DNA of 62,215 nt. Origin: Candidatus Nomurabacteria bacterium (GTDB lineage: Bacteria > Patescibacteriota > Minisyncoccia > Phycocordibacterales > UBA9973). Positions 62,082 to 62,215 of the stretch are shown one piece after another (the first letter of the stretch is position 1; each line of letters starts with the position of its first letter). Below the pieces are notes generated by a model. The model searched no databases. It was not told the DNA's origin and saw only the letters and a list, made by a program, of their open reading frames with translations. Location: the NCBI GenBank assembly GCA_020850295.1, contig JADZEV010000003.1, positions 1 to 62,215 of the forward strand. The letters run 5' to 3'. The translations under genes were made by a program, and so were the position numbers.

Positions 62082-62215
62082 TTATTTCCCTCTCATCTTC
62101 TTTATAGCAATTCTAGACCAAACAATAGCTAGAAGGCTGTAGTTGATAATCATATAATATTTATTAGCCCAAGAAACTCCATACGGAAAACGATATTCGG
62201 ATATTGGGAACAAAA
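62082..62215 (-). CDS. 3' end of a membrane protein gene (5' part outside the window)
   Basis: The frame is open to the window edge (..FPISEYRFPYGVSWANKYYMIINYSLLAIVWSRIAIKKMRGK*). The stop lies 1 nt before the next ATG. Confidence 0.4.
   Translation of the reverse strand, partial: LFPISEYRFPYGVSWANKYYMIINYSLLAIVWSRIAIKKMRGK

Overview
AT-rich, very gene-dense bacterial chromosomal fragment that uses the standard genetic code: TGA closes ORFs at 19109-19111 and 45941-45943. Gene content and architecture look like a reduced-genome Patescibacteria/CPR (Parcubacteria-like) organism. That placement is an inference from content, not a search result.

Contents in order:
- 1-5.3 kb: tail of the ribosomal protein cluster (infA-rpmJ-rpsM-rpsK-rpsD-rpoA-rplQ, then rplM-rpsI). 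rpmJ is missing from the ORF track.
- 5.6-10 kb: heat-shock locus grpE / divergent wHTH regulator / dnaK / dnaJ.
- 10-16.5 kb: lysS, GNAT acetyltransferases, a hydrolase, orphan genes, and an SOS unit (LexA box, two mini-ORFs, lexA).
- 16.6-27 kb: cell-envelope genes (L,D-transpeptidase, CAP-domain protein, S41 protease, lytic transglycosylase), rpmA, rplI, tRNA-Ile, rsmI, prfA, rpmE, rplY.
- 27-37.7 kb: minus-strand central-carbon block (FAD oxidase, class II aldolase, pfkB kinase, split transketolase, rpe-like gene, rpiB, gap) followed by gatB.
- 38-46 kb: obg, MYG1-family gene, yqeY, DEDDh exonuclease, rmuC, a type IV pilin, tRNA-Glu.
- 46.7-52.6 kb: dcw/elongasome block (mraZ-rsmH-ftsL-like-ftsI, greA, PBP2, MreD-like gene).
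- 52.6-62.2 kb: housekeeping genes (msrA, rluB-like gene, engB) and small secreted or membrane proteins.

No CRISPR array, transposase, integrase or rRNA gene was seen.

Most unusual observations:
1. A LexA-box promoter drives two orphan mini-ORFs ahead of lexA.
2. tRNA-Glu is preceded by a promoter-proximal exact copy of its own 5' end and by an 11-nt anti-tRNA segment.
3. A short minus-strand unit (promoter, small ORF, terminator) sits directly upstream of a GNAT gene and looks like an attenuator.
4. At least 14 genes have a -10 element 6-9 nt before the ATG, which implies leaderless mRNAs. rsmI in addition starts 3 nt after tRNA-Ile.
5. Several self-contained promoter-to-terminator mini-units and unusually long hairpins lie in the few non-coding gaps.
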